From assembly GCF_937967675.1 (NCBI RefSeq), contig NZ_CALBSN010000090.1, positions 6,851 to 70,850 of the forward strand: a stretch of DNA of 64,000 bases, written 5' to 3'. The translations under genes and the position numbers were made by a program. Below are positions 1 through 9,308 of the stretch, piece after piece (the first letter of the stretch is position 1; each line of letters begins with the position of its first letter). Below the pieces are notes generated by a model that did no database searches, had not been told where the DNA came from, and saw only the letters and a list, made by a program, of their open reading frames with translations. This DNA comes from an uncultured Flavobacterium sp. (GTDB taxonomy: Bacteria; Bacteroidota; Bacteroidia; Flavobacteriales; Flavobacteriaceae).

Positions 1-220
1 GTAAATTGTAACGCAAAGTCAATAAGTTTTTCACAAAGTACGAAAAGATTATTTTTAAAATTTCTAAAATTTCTTCAATCTGTGTTCCAAAATAAAAATC
101 ATAAATCGTTAATCTTCAATCTTCAATCACTTATCCAAGAGATGCTTATCAGCCTGACAAGCTGTGCGGATATTATTATGTGAAATGACAAACTGTGAAG
201 TGCGTAATATTTCAAAAAAA

Positions 221-239
221 AGCCCCAAAAATTGGGGCT
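221..239 (-). terminator. Rho-independent terminator downstream of ribBA
   Basis: Stem agcccca (221-227) / tggggct (233-239). On the minus strand it is followed by a T-run (a-run 214-220). It lies 8 nt past the ribBA stop. Confidence 0.7.
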
Positions 240-246
240 CTCTATA

Positions 247-1398
247 CTAATAATTTACATAATCTGTGATTTCTAAGCCGTAACCTATCATACCCACTCT
301 TTTGGTAGGTGCTGAGCTATTGGAAAGTAATTCGATTTTGGTTATGTCTAAATCATGAAGTATTTGAGCTCCAATACCGAAATCTTTAGTGTCCATTTTA
401 ATTTGTGGAGCACGCATTTCTCCATTGGATTGCAACACTTTTAATTCGGCAATACGATCTAATAGTTCTAAGGATTTTACCTCTTGGTTGATAAAAATAA
501 TAGCTCCTTTTTCTACTTCATTAATTTTACGGAAAATATCGTCAAGTTTTTTATCGGTTGTATCGGTAAGAGTACCTAAAATATCGTTGTTTACTTGAGT
601 CGTATTGATTCGGGTTAATACGGGTTCGCCTGCATTCCAAGTCCCCTTTGTTAAAGCAATATGCACTTGCTTATTAGTGGTTTGTAAGTAAGCACGCATT
701 CTAAAAGTTCCAAATCGAGTTTGAATATCGAAATCTTCTTTTTTCTGGATCAAACTATCATGTTGCATTCTGTAAGCAACTAAAGCTTCGATAGAAACTA
801 GTTTTAAATTGAATTTTTTTGCTACGTCAACTAATTGAGGTAAGCGTGCCATAGTGCCGTCTTCGTTCATGATTTCAACGATAACACCTGCGGGTTTGAA
901 TCCTGCTAAACGAGCAAAATCAATGGCAGCCTCTGTATGACCTGTTCGTCTTAGTACACCACCTTGTTTTGCAATAAGGGGAAAAATATGTCCAGGGCGG
1001 GCTAAATCATAAGGTTTTGTATTGGGATCAATTAAAGCTTGTATGGTTTTAGCTCTATCAGAAGCAGAGATACCTGTTGAAACGCCATTTCCTTTTAAGT
1101 CTACTGAAACAGTGAATGCAGTTTCCATGTGGTCAGTATTATTACGCACCATTGCATGTAAATCAAGTTCTTTACATCTAGATTCAGTCAGAGGAGCACA
1201 AATTAAACCTCTACCATGAGTAGCCATAAAATTAATCATTTCGGGAGTTACTTTTTCAGCTGCTGCTAAAAAATCTCCTTCATTTTCTCTGTCTTCATCA
1301 TCTACTACTATGATTACTTTTCCTTGACGGATGTCTTCAATAGCCTCTTCAATAGTATTGAGTTGTATGTTTTTTGACATAATTTTAGTTGTTGTCAA
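247..1398 (-). CDS. ribBA: Bifunctional 3,4-dihydroxy-2-butanone-4-phosphate synthase / GTP cyclohydrolase II-like protein
   Basis: 383-aa ORF. The N-terminal half carries DHBP-synthase motifs (VVDDEDRENEGDF, HGRGLICAP, RTGHTEA). The C-terminal half has the length and pattern of a GCH-II-like domain. Confidence 0.9.
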   Translation of the reverse strand: MTTTKIMSKNIQLNTIEEAIEDIRQGKVIIVVDDEDRENEGDFLAAAEKVTPEMINFMATHGRGLICAPLTESRCKELDLHAMVRNNTDHMETAFTVSVDLKGNGVSTGISASDRAKTIQALIDPNTKPYDLARPGHIFPLIAKQGGVLRRTGHTEAAIDFARLAGFKPAGVIVEIMNEDGTMARLPQLVDVAKKFNLKLVSIEALVAYRMQHDSLIQKKEDFDIQTRFGTFRMRAYLQTTNKQVHIALTKGTWNAGEPVLTRINTTQVNNDILGTLTDTTDKKLDDIFRKINEVEKGAIIFINQEVKSLELLDRIAELKVLQSNGEMRAPQIKMDTKDFGIGAQILHDLDITKIELLSNSSAPTKRVGMIGYGLEITDYVNY

Positions 1399-2851
1399 TG
1401 TTAGTTTGTGTTATTTTATTAAAAAGCTTTTTAAAAGGTTCAGTTAACCAGTCAAAATTCACCATGATACCAATGTCATTTGTAGCTCTATAAGTAAGTA
1501 TAATAGCAAATGGCGTCATTAAAATAGAAGCCAACCAAGCTCCTAAAAAAGGAGGAATACTATCTTGTTGGGCAACTTTACGACCAAAGGTGTTGATAAA
1601 ATGGAAGGTTATAAAAATTAAAATTGCAAATACAATAGGGAGTCCTAGTCCTCCTTTACGAATGATTGCCCCTAAAGGTGCACCTATGAAGAACATAAGT
1701 AAACAGGAGTATGCAATTACAAATTTGTCATGAATTGCCAACCAATGATTATTGATATTTTTTATTTTGTCTTCTAGGTCTATTTTGTTAGAATGTATGT
1801 TAAATTCTATACTTGCTACATTACTTTTAGCCATTTCTATTACTTGTCTTTTTTCTGAATCGGATAAAAGTGCCAGAATATCTTTTTTGTAATTTCCTTT
1901 AGTTGTATTTATTTTTTGGTTTTCAATAGAAGAAGTTGTCTTTTTTTTGAAAATGATTTCATTTCTTACTATTACGTTGTTTGCATAAGACAATACATCT
2001 TTGTTGTAGCTTTTTTGTAGTGAATCTAAAGTGTAATTTAATTCAAGAGCCGTAAGCATTTTTTCTGATGTAATGTTTCCTTCTTCTATTTCAGAAGTAT
2101 TCAGTTTGGTCAAATCGATATTGATAACATATTTTTTGAAACTACTTTTTGCAAAAGGAAGTCGTTTGCGTTCATTGTAATTTTTAGGATGAATATCTTC
2201 ATAATAATACCCATCGTATAATTCTAATTGTAGGTAGTTTGAATCATCTTCGCTTGTTAAAATTCCTCTTTTTGCTTTAATGATGGTATTAGCGCCTAAT
2301 CCCATGTTATTGTTTTTAACATGCATGGTTACTCCTTCTAAAAACTCACCATTATCGCCTGATTTTTTATCTACTTTAATGTTTGAAGTGCCAATGGTAT
2401 TGAATTGCCCTTCAGCAATAGCCATTGCAGGTTTTTGTTGCACTATATTTTTACGAAGATTTATAAACCGGAATTGTGCATCAGGTATTACATTATTTGC
2501 AAAAAAGAACGATACAAAAGACAAAATTCCAATGGTAATCGTTAGCATTTTCATTGCGCGTTGTAGAGAAATACCTGATGATTTCATAGCGGCAAACTCA
2601 TAATTTTCTGCAAAACTACCAAATGTCATAATTGATGCCAAAAGTACCGATAGAGGTAAAACCATTGGCACAATGGTGGGTGCATAAAATGAGAGGAATT
2701 TAACTATGGTAAAAAAATCTAAATCTTTACCAGCTAATTCAGCGATGAATAGCCAAATGCCTTGGAGAACGAATATAAAAAATAAGATTACAAATACCGA
2801 AGTAAATGTAATCATGAAGGATTTAATAATGTATTTATCTAAGATTTTCAC
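1385..2851 (-). CDS. LptF/LptG (YjgP/YjgQ) family LPS export permease
   Basis: 488 aa with N-terminal and C-terminal clusters of TM helices separated by a large soluble insert, which is typical family architecture. Overlaps ribBA by 14 nt. Confidence 0.75.
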   Translation of the reverse strand: MKILDKYIIKSFMITFTSVFVILFFIFVLQGIWLFIAELAGKDLDFFTIVKFLSFYAPTIVPMVLPLSVLLASIMTFGSFAENYEFAAMKSSGISLQRAMKMLTITIGILSFVSFFFANNVIPDAQFRFINLRKNIVQQKPAMAIAEGQFNTIGTSNIKVDKKSGDNGEFLEGVTMHVKNNNMGLGANTIIKAKRGILTSEDDSNYLQLELYDGYYYEDIHPKNYNERKRLPFAKSSFKKYVINIDLTKLNTSEIEEGNITSEKMLTALELNYTLDSLQKSYNKDVLSYANNVIVRNEIIFKKKTTSSIENQKINTTKGNYKKDILALLSDSEKRQVIEMAKSNVASIEFNIHSNKIDLEDKIKNINNHWLAIHDKFVIAYSCLLMFFIGAPLGAIIRKGGLGLPIVFAILIFITFHFINTFGRKVAQQDSIPPFLGAWLASILMTPFAIILTYRATNDIGIMVNFDWLTEPFKKLFNKITQTNIDNN

Positions 2852-2861
2852 CCGAACGAAA

Positions 2862-3530
2862 TTAGTCTAATTTATTGATGTAATAATTAGGATATTTTGA
2901 TTTGGTAAAGGTAAAATGATTTTTTGATAAAGGCTGATTCGTTTTAAAAGAATTAACAGTTAATGTGGTTTTTGTTCCATTTTTCCCCACTTCAATTACC
3001 GTGTAGATGTGTTTTGTTTGCACATCAATACCTACTAAAATTTCTTTTCTTTGATCTTTACTGCTGTAAGGAGTTAATTTTACATATTGAATTTTTCTTC
3101 CTTTTACATTTTGAAGAATATCCCATGAATATTTATATCCCGTATTAAAAAAGGTTAGCATTTTGTTTGGAGAAATGGCATTATCATCTTTTTCATCAAA
3201 GTTTGCAACTGTAATTTCTTCATCTTCAGGTACAATTGTATATACTTTTTTTCCATCGAAAATCTTAGTTACTCCCATGAAATTTAAGTTGTATAAATTC
3301 CCTTGAAGAGCAACATTTCCTTTGCTCTCTTGGTTGATATTTTCTTTAGGATTATTCAAAGTATATTTAAAGTCAATCACAATATTATCATACGATTTTA
3401 TTTTTGCAGAAACTTCATCAAGTAACTCTTTTGCTTTTTTAGCATCTTGAGCTTGAAGAGAAAAACCGATGAAAAGTGCAATTGCAATTTGTAAAAAACG
3501 TGTCATTTTAAAATTATTAGTTTTGTTCAT
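2862..3530 (-). CDS. lolA: LolA-like outer-membrane lipoprotein carrier protein
   Basis: Signal peptide (IALFIGFSLQAQ) on a roughly 200-aa beta-rich protein. Sits directly downstream of and overlapping ftsK, matching the widespread ftsK-lolA synteny. The start may instead be the internal M at 3506. Confidence 0.6.
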   Translation of the reverse strand: MNKTNNFKMTRFLQIAIALFIGFSLQAQDAKKAKELLDEVSAKIKSYDNIVIDFKYTLNNPKENINQESKGNVALQGNLYNLNFMGVTKIFDGKKVYTIVPEDEEITVANFDEKDDNAISPNKMLTFFNTGYKYSWDILQNVKGRKIQYVKLTPYSSKDQRKEILVGIDVQTKHIYTVIEVGKNGTKTTLTVNSFKTNQPLSKNHFTFTKSKYPNYYINKLD

Positions 3531-6033
3531 TATTTAAAAAGTGTTCCAAGGCAATTAAATCAGGTATTAAAACGGAACGGGCTTTACTACCTTCAAAAGG
3601 TCCTACAATACCAGCAGCTTCTAGTTGGTCAATTAAACGACCTGCTCTGTTGTAACCTAATTTGAGTTTACGTTGTATTAAAGAGGCACTTCCTTGTTGT
3701 GCAGTTACTATAACTTCTGCTGCTTCTCTAAACAAAGAATCTCTTTCCGATATATCAATATCAAGTTTTATGCCACTTTCTTCTCCAACATATTCTGGAA
3801 GTAAATAGGCTTCAGGATAGGCTTTTTGAGAACCAATAAAGTCACAAATTTTATCTACCTCTGGTGTATCTACAAATGCACATTGTACACGAGTAATGTC
3901 GTTTCCTTGTGTATATAACAAATCACCTCGACCTATTAATTGGTCGGCACCTTGACTATCTAAAATAGTTCTTGAATCAATTTTAGAGGTTACACGGAAG
4001 GCAATACGTGCTGGGAAATTGGCTTTAATAATACCTGTAATTACGTTTACCGATGGACGTTGTGTAGCAATAATCAAGTGAATTCCAATAGCACGCGCTA
4101 ACTGAGCTAAACGAGCAATTGGTGTTTCTACTTCTTTACCGGCTGTCATAATTAAATCGGCAAACTCGTCGACTACTAATACAATATAAGGTAAAAAGCG
4201 GTGTCCGTTTTCTGGATTTAATTTGCGGTTTCTGAATTTTTCGTTGTATTCTTTAATGTTACGCACCATGGCATCTTTAAGCAAAGAATAACGGTTGTCC
4301 ATTTCAATACATAGTGAATTTAACGTATTGATTACTTTAGTGTTATCGGTAATAATAGCATCGCCACCATCTGGAAGTTTTGCTAAATAATGACGTTCAA
4401 TTTTATTGAATAAAGTTAATTCTACTTTCTTTGGATCTACCAAAACAAATTTTACTTCAGCTGGATGTTTTTTGTACAGTAGGGATGTTAACACGGCATT
4501 CAATCCAACTGATTTTCCTTGACCTGTTGCACCTGCCATTAATAAGTGAGGCATTTTAGCCAAATCTACTACAAAAGTTTCATTAGAAATAGTCTTTCCT
4601 AAAGCGATTGGTAACTCCATTTCAGCCGTTTGAAATTTAGGAGATGCAATTACGCTTTTCATTGAAACCATAGTAGGATTGTTATTAGGGACTTCGATAC
4701 CAATTGTTCCTTTACCTGGAATTGGAGCGATGATACGAATTCCTAATGCTGCTAAAGACAATGCAATATCGTCTTCTAAGTTTTTGATTTTAGAGATACG
4801 AATACCAGCATCAGGCACAATTTCGTACAAGGTTACCGTTGGTCCAACCGTAGCTTTGATTTGTGAAATTCCGATGCTGTAATTTTTTAATGTATCAACA
4901 ATTTTATTTTTGTTTTCTTCTAATTCGGCTTGGTTAATGGTAATGCCTCCAGAAGAATACTCTTTTAATAAATCGATAGGAGGGAATTGGTAATTCGAAA
5001 GTTCTAATGTTGGGTCAAATAGTCCAAAATCTTGTACCAATTTCGCTGCTAAGTTTTCTTCCACTACTTCTTCCTCCGCCACTTTTTCAATTACAAAAGC
5101 ATCTTCATTTACAAATTCTTCTTGAGGAATGCTTCTATCTTCGATAGAAAAATTTTGTATTTCAGGAGTTTCAACTTTTGGTTTAGTATCTAATGTTAGC
5201 TCAGAAGCAGTTGCAATTGTAGGTTTTAAAGCTTCTTTATTAATTTCAAAATTAGAAGGATAGGTTTTCAACTCGAAATTTCCCATTTCTTCTTCGTCCT
5301 CTGTTAAGATAAAATCTTCTTTAGAAGGAGTTGTCAAAGGTAAATCAGTGTTGATTTCATCATCTTCATTCGCTTCTGCTTCTTGATTTACAGGAATTAT
5401 TGTATTTACAGCAGCAATTTCTTCATTTAATTCGGATTGTGGTTTTTCAAAGACTTTAGTAAAACTCTCTGGAGACATCTTAATTTTGAAAACTAAAAAT
5501 AAAACAATTCCAAACAATAGTACAAGCAGTGTTCCTGTTTTACCGATATAATCTTGTATGAAAAGATTCATTTCAAACCCTACAACACCTCCTAGTTGCG
5601 GAATATACTCCCATAGAAATCCAAATATGATAGATAGGAAAATGATGAGATAAAAATCCCAGAAAAAGCTTCTCTTTAATTTTCCTAAGGGCATATCTAA
5701 AACAAGATAAGCTCCGGTTAAGAAAAAAGTACGAATGAAAATAAAAGAGGCAATACCGAACCCTTCGTACATAAAAAAATGACCTAGATAAGCTCCAAAT
5801 TTACCAAGCCAGTTTTCGGCTTTTGCATTTCGATTGCTTAATTCGGATACGATGTTTTGATCATTAAATCCTGTAACGAAATATGAAATGAACGATAGTA
5901 ATAGTGCTATCGAGAAAAATAGAAGTGCTATTCCAAAAATAAATTTTTGTTGTCTGCTAAGTCCCCAAGAAAATTTTTTCTTGGTTTCTGAACTTACACT
6001 ATTATCGGAGTCTTTGCTAGTTTTTTTGGTCAT
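3517..6033 (-). CDS. ftsK: DNA translocase FtsK/SpoIIIE
   Basis: N-terminal TM helices, acidic linker, and motor domain with Walker A GATGQGKS and Walker B VLVVDEFADL. C-terminal gamma wHTH (SLIQRKLKLGYNRAGRLIDQLE). Confidence 0.95.
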   Translation of the reverse strand: MTKKTSKDSDNSVSSETKKKFSWGLSRQQKFIFGIALLFFSIALLLSFISYFVTGFNDQNIVSELSNRNAKAENWLGKFGAYLGHFFMYEGFGIASFIFIRTFFLTGAYLVLDMPLGKLKRSFFWDFYLIIFLSIIFGFLWEYIPQLGGVVGFEMNLFIQDYIGKTGTLLVLLFGIVLFLVFKIKMSPESFTKVFEKPQSELNEEIAAVNTIIPVNQEAEANEDDEINTDLPLTTPSKEDFILTEDEEEMGNFELKTYPSNFEINKEALKPTIATASELTLDTKPKVETPEIQNFSIEDRSIPQEEFVNEDAFVIEKVAEEEVVEENLAAKLVQDFGLFDPTLELSNYQFPPIDLLKEYSSGGITINQAELEENKNKIVDTLKNYSIGISQIKATVGPTVTLYEIVPDAGIRISKIKNLEDDIALSLAALGIRIIAPIPGKGTIGIEVPNNNPTMVSMKSVIASPKFQTAEMELPIALGKTISNETFVVDLAKMPHLLMAGATGQGKSVGLNAVLTSLLYKKHPAEVKFVLVDPKKVELTLFNKIERHYLAKLPDGGDAIITDNTKVINTLNSLCIEMDNRYSLLKDAMVRNIKEYNEKFRNRKLNPENGHRFLPYIVLVVDEFADLIMTAGKEVETPIARLAQLARAIGIHLIIATQRPSVNVITGIIKANFPARIAFRVTSKIDSRTILDSQGADQLIGRGDLLYTQGNDITRVQCAFVDTPEVDKICDFIGSQKAYPEAYLLPEYVGEESGIKLDIDISERDSLFREAAEVIVTAQQGSASLIQRKLKLGYNRAGRLIDQLEAAGIVGPFEGSKARSVLIPDLIALEHFLNNEQN

Positions 6034-6052
6034 GTAAACGCAACAATTTTTA

Positions 6053-6060
6053 CAAAAGTA
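6053..6060 (-). promoter_or_regulatory. Bacteroidota-type -7 promoter box (TAnnTTTG) for ftsK
   Basis: Plus-strand caaaagta is TACTTTTG on the minus strand, 20 nt upstream of the ftsK ATG (6033). Confidence 0.5.
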
Positions 6061-6066
6061 GCGAAA

Positions 6067-6456
6067 TTAAAACAAATATGGAAAATAAATAATGCAGCCA
6101 ATAGCGATAGCAGTTAAGGCAGCAAAAAATACAGCACCAGCGGCTATATCTTTAATAAATCCAATGCGTTCATGAAAATCAGGATGGACGAAATCGGCTA
6201 TTTTTTCAACAGCGGTATTAAGACCTTCAATTCCTAAGACTAAACCAAATACTAGGATTTGCATCATCCATTCAAAACGGTTAATACCTACATAGAAACC
6301 AGCAAATGTCATTAGTACCGCTAATGATGATTGCACCATTACGCTGTGTTCTGTAGTAATTAATTTTATTGCGCCTTTAACGGCAAATCCAATACTTTTT
6401 AATCTTCCTGTGAAAAGGGTTTCGTCTTTTTCGAATTTCATCTTACTTGTTTTCAA
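6067..6456 (-). CDS. dgkA: Diacylglycerol kinase family membrane protein
   Basis: 129 aa with three TM segments and the EGLNTAVE motif typical of prokaryotic DagK. Confidence 0.8.
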   Translation of the reverse strand: MKTSKMKFEKDETLFTGRLKSIGFAVKGAIKLITTEHSVMVQSSLAVLMTFAGFYVGINRFEWMMQILVFGLVLGIEGLNTAVEKIADFVHPDFHERIGFIKDIAAGAVFFAALTAIAIGCIIYFPYLF

Positions 6457-6467
6457 TTTAATAAAAT

Positions 6468-6498
6468 AGACCTAAAGAAGTAAATTTTCTTTAGGTCT
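6468..6498 (-). terminator. Terminator downstream of tpx
   Basis: Stem agacctaaag (6468-6477) / ctttaggtct (6489-6498), 10 nt past the tpx stop, with an A/T-rich tail. Confidence 0.65.
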
Positions 6499-6507
6499 AA
6501 ATGTAAT

Positions 6508-7005
6508 TTATAATACTGCTAAAGCCGCTTCGTAATTAGGCTCGTCTGCAATTTCTTTAACTTGTTCGGTGTGTAAAATAGTTCCTTTTTCGTCTAAAAC
6601 GATTACTACACGAGAATGCAAACCTGCTAAAGGTCCGTCTGTAATTTCTAAACCATAGTTTTTACCAAAATTTCCATCTTTAAAATCGGAAAGGTTGATT
6701 ACGTTTTCTAATCCTTCGGCTCCACAAAAACGTTTTTGAGCAAATGGTAAATCTCTAGAAATACATAACACTTTAGTATTAGCTAAAGCACTTGCTTTTT
6801 CATTGAATTTTCTAACCGAAGCTGCACAAGTTCCCGTATCTACACTTGGAAAAATGTTTAATACTACTTTAGAACCAGCGAAATCTGCTAAAGATGCTGA
6901 GCCTAAATCAGTTTTTACTAAATTAAAATCAGTAGCTTTTGAACCTACTGCTGGCAATTCGCCATTTGTGTGAACTGGATTTCCTCCTAATGTAATTGAT
7001 GCCAT
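6508..7005 (-). CDS. tpx: Thiol peroxidase (atypical 2-Cys peroxiredoxin)
   Basis: 165 aa with a Tpx-type pattern: FPSVDTGTC peroxidatic Cys and a downstream resolving Cys (LCISRDLPFAQKRFC). Confidence 0.9.
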   Translation of the reverse strand: MASITLGGNPVHTNGELPAVGSKATDFNLVKTDLGSASLADFAGSKVVLNIFPSVDTGTCAASVRKFNEKASALANTKVLCISRDLPFAQKRFCGAEGLENVINLSDFKDGNFGKNYGLEITDGPLAGLHSRVVIVLDEKGTILHTEQVKEIADEPNYEAALAVL

Positions 7006-7027
7006 AGCTTTTTATTTTTTTGTATTG

Positions 7028-7035
7028 CAAAAGTA
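7028..7035 (-). promoter_or_regulatory. -7 promoter box (TAnnTTTG) for tpx
   Basis: Plus-strand caaaagta, 23 nt upstream of the ATG at 7005. Confidence 0.5.
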
Positions 7036-7069
7036 ACGAATAATTGGTTAAAGTTTATCTAACGATTAC

Positions 7070-7714
7070 TTAAGATTTTTTTAATAACCAATTCTTAAAA
7101 TCAAAGAAATTCTGAGGCGCTACACCATGTCCCACTGGATATTCATGGTATTCTACTTCTACACCTAAATTTTCTAAAGCTGGTTTTGCTTTTCTTGCCC
7201 AATCTACTGGAATGACTTGGTCAACCGAACCATGCGATACAAAGAATTTTAAATGAGAAATCGCTTTCGTATCGATAACTTCTGGCATAATTTCTTGATT
7301 GAAATAACCACTTAATGCCACTACTTTAGCTACTTTTTCAGGAAAGGTTAGGGCAGTAGCATAACTTAAAATGGCACCTTGACTGAAACCAATTAAGGTT
7401 ACATTCTTAGCATCGATTGGATATTGTTTTACCACTTCATCAATAAAACCAGCAATAAGCTGAACCGATTGTTTCGCTTGAACATTATCAGAAAATTTAT
7501 TTTCGTCGGCATCAAAATGAATCGCATACCAAGCGTGCCCGTAAGGTTGCAAATCATAAGGTGCTCTAACTGAAATTATGTAACTATCATTTGGTAATTC
7601 GCTAGCAAAAGAAAATAAATCTTCTTCATTGCTTCCATAACCGTGAAATAATATTAATAATGGATTTTTATCGTGTTTAACTTTTGGTTCTTGAATTAAG
7701 TAGTGCAAGTTCAT
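7070..7714 (-). CDS. Alpha/beta hydrolase, phospholipase/carboxylesterase family
   Basis: 214 aa with the GFSQGA nucleophile elbow, a HGxxD-type region (SHGSVDQVIP) and a C-terminal GHG. Confidence 0.75.
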   Translation of the reverse strand: MNLHYLIQEPKVKHDKNPLLILFHGYGSNEEDLFSFASELPNDSYIISVRAPYDLQPYGHAWYAIHFDADENKFSDNVQAKQSVQLIAGFIDEVVKQYPIDAKNVTLIGFSQGAILSYATALTFPEKVAKVVALSGYFNQEIMPEVIDTKAISHLKFFVSHGSVDQVIPVDWARKAKPALENLGVEVEYHEYPVGHGVAPQNFFDFKNWLLKKS

Positions 7715-7716
7715 TT

Positions 7717-8043
7717 TTAGAAGCTTTTAAATAATTTTTGATAGATTTCCCCCAAAAAAGGAACGATTTTCATTTCACCATTTAAACAATTGATAAAGCC
7801 ATAAATCCATAGGATGAAAATGAATATCCAAAATGAAGCCGAAACCATCCAATTGTCAAAGTAACCAACGGGATATCCTAATAAAAAGAAGGTTAAGAAA
7901 ATACCTAATGCTTGTCTAATGTGAAAACTAGCAAATTCACTACGATTTTCTTCTTGATTCATAAATATTGCAATTATTGACCCTACAATAGTTAAATAGC
8001 TTACAATTGCTGTTTGTTTACCTTTATTTATTTCTTCTTTCAT
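7717..8043 (-). CDS. Small integral membrane protein (function unknown)
   Basis: 108 aa with 3 hydrophobic helices, tightly packed between flanking genes. Confidence 0.6.
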   Translation of the reverse strand: MKEEINKGKQTAIVSYLTIVGSIIAIFMNQEENRSEFASFHIRQALGIFLTFFLLGYPVGYFDNWMVSASFWIFIFILWIYGFINCLNGEMKIVPFLGEIYQKLFKSF

Positions 8044-8048
8044 ATCGA

Positions 8049-9308
8049 TTAATTGTTGATTATCAATTGCCCGTTGTTGTAAATTCCGATCGCTTTTCCT
8101 TTCATTTTTTGTCCTAAGAAATCCGAATTTTTAGATTTTGATAAGATGTTTTCTTTTCCAAATGTCCAATCATCTTCTGTGGTGAAAAGTGAAATATCGG
8201 CTTTGTTGTTAATTATTATTGATGGATTTTCTACATTGAAAACCAGTTTATTAGCATTTAATTTTTCAACTGCAACTTCAAATGGTAAAATCGTTAGTAA
8301 AGCACCAAAAGCACTTTCTAAACCGATGGTTCCATCCTTCGCTAAATCGAATTCTAATTTCTTATGTTCGATGTCTAATGGATTATGGTCAGAAGTAATA
8401 CAATCAATCGTTCCATCTAAAACCCCTTCTACTAAAGCTTTTCTAGTTGCTTCTTCACGTAATGGAGGCAATACTTTATATCTAGTATCGAATCCCATTA
8501 ACATTTCGTCGTTTAAGACTAAATTGTGAACGGCAACACTACAAGTAACTTTCAATCCTTTTGCTTTTGCTTCTTTGATTAATTTGATGCTTCCTTGAGT
8601 TGAAATCGTTGGTATATGTAATTTTCCGCCTGTGTATTCTAATAAAAATAAGTTACGTGCCACTTGCAATTCTTCTGCTAAAGCAGGAATTCCTTTCATA
8701 CCAAGTTTTGTGCTTATAACACCTTCATTAGCTATTCCAACTCCTTTCAAAGTACTATCTTGACAAAAAGAAATCAACATTCCATCAAAATCTTGTACGT
8801 ATTGCAACGCAATTTTTTGAAGGTTGGCATTTTGTAAGGCTTTTTTATAATCACCAAAAGCAATGGCTCCAGCGTTTTTCATGTCGAATAATTCCGCTAA
8901 ATCTGTGCCTTCGCTTCCTTTGGTTAAGGCTCCGATGGGATACAAAGTTGTCGCTTGATTTTTAGCTCTGTCCAAGACAAATCGCACTTGCGCTTGATTG
9001 TCAATGGTTGGGTTTGAATTCGGTTGTAAAGCTACCGCAGTAAATCCGCTTTTAGCTGCAACTTTTAATCCGTTTTCTATGGTTTCGCGGTCTTCGTAGC
9101 CTGGTTCTCCAAAAGAAACCGAGCTGTCCATCCAACCTTGAGAAACGTGTAAATTAGGAATATTTACGACTTCAAAACCTGAAGTAGCAGTGATTTCTTT
9201 TTCTATTTGAGTTATCGTACCGTTTTCAATTTTAATGTCCATTACTTGGTTGTGAAACGGACTTGAAGCGTCGATAATTTTAGCTTGTTTTAGAATAACT
9301 TGCGTCAT
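8049..9308 (-). CDS. Dihydroorotase-like amidohydrolase
   Basis: Amidohydrolase-superfamily pattern (…EPGYEDRET…, ITSDHNP). I chose the start at M24 of the tracked ORF (MTQVILKQAKIID) because it forms an ATGA overlap with the upstream stop at 9305-9308. Confidence 0.75.
   Translation of the reverse strand: MTQVILKQAKIIDASSPFHNQVMDIKIENGTITQIEKEITATSGFEVVNIPNLHVSQGWMDSSVSFGEPGYEDRETIENGLKVAAKSGFTAVALQPNSNPTIDNQAQVRFVLDRAKNQATTLYPIGALTKGSEGTDLAELFDMKNAGAIAFGDYKKALQNANLQKIALQYVQDFDGMLISFCQDSTLKGVGIANEGVISTKLGMKGIPALAEELQVARNLFLLEYTGGKLHIPTISTQGSIKLIKEAKAKGLKVTCSVAVHNLVLNDEMLMGFDTRYKVLPPLREEATRKALVEGVLDGTIDCITSDHNPLDIEHKKLEFDLAKDGTIGLESAFGALLTILPFEVAVEKLNANKLVFNVENPSIIINNKADISLFTTEDDWTFGKENILSKSKNSDFLGQKMKGKAIGIYNNGQLIINN

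Noticed and set aside
1399-1500. Expected FMN riboswitch upstream of ribBA.
   Set aside because: The ribBA start overlaps the end of the upstream permease gene, so there is no leader and no riboswitch-like conserved sequence.
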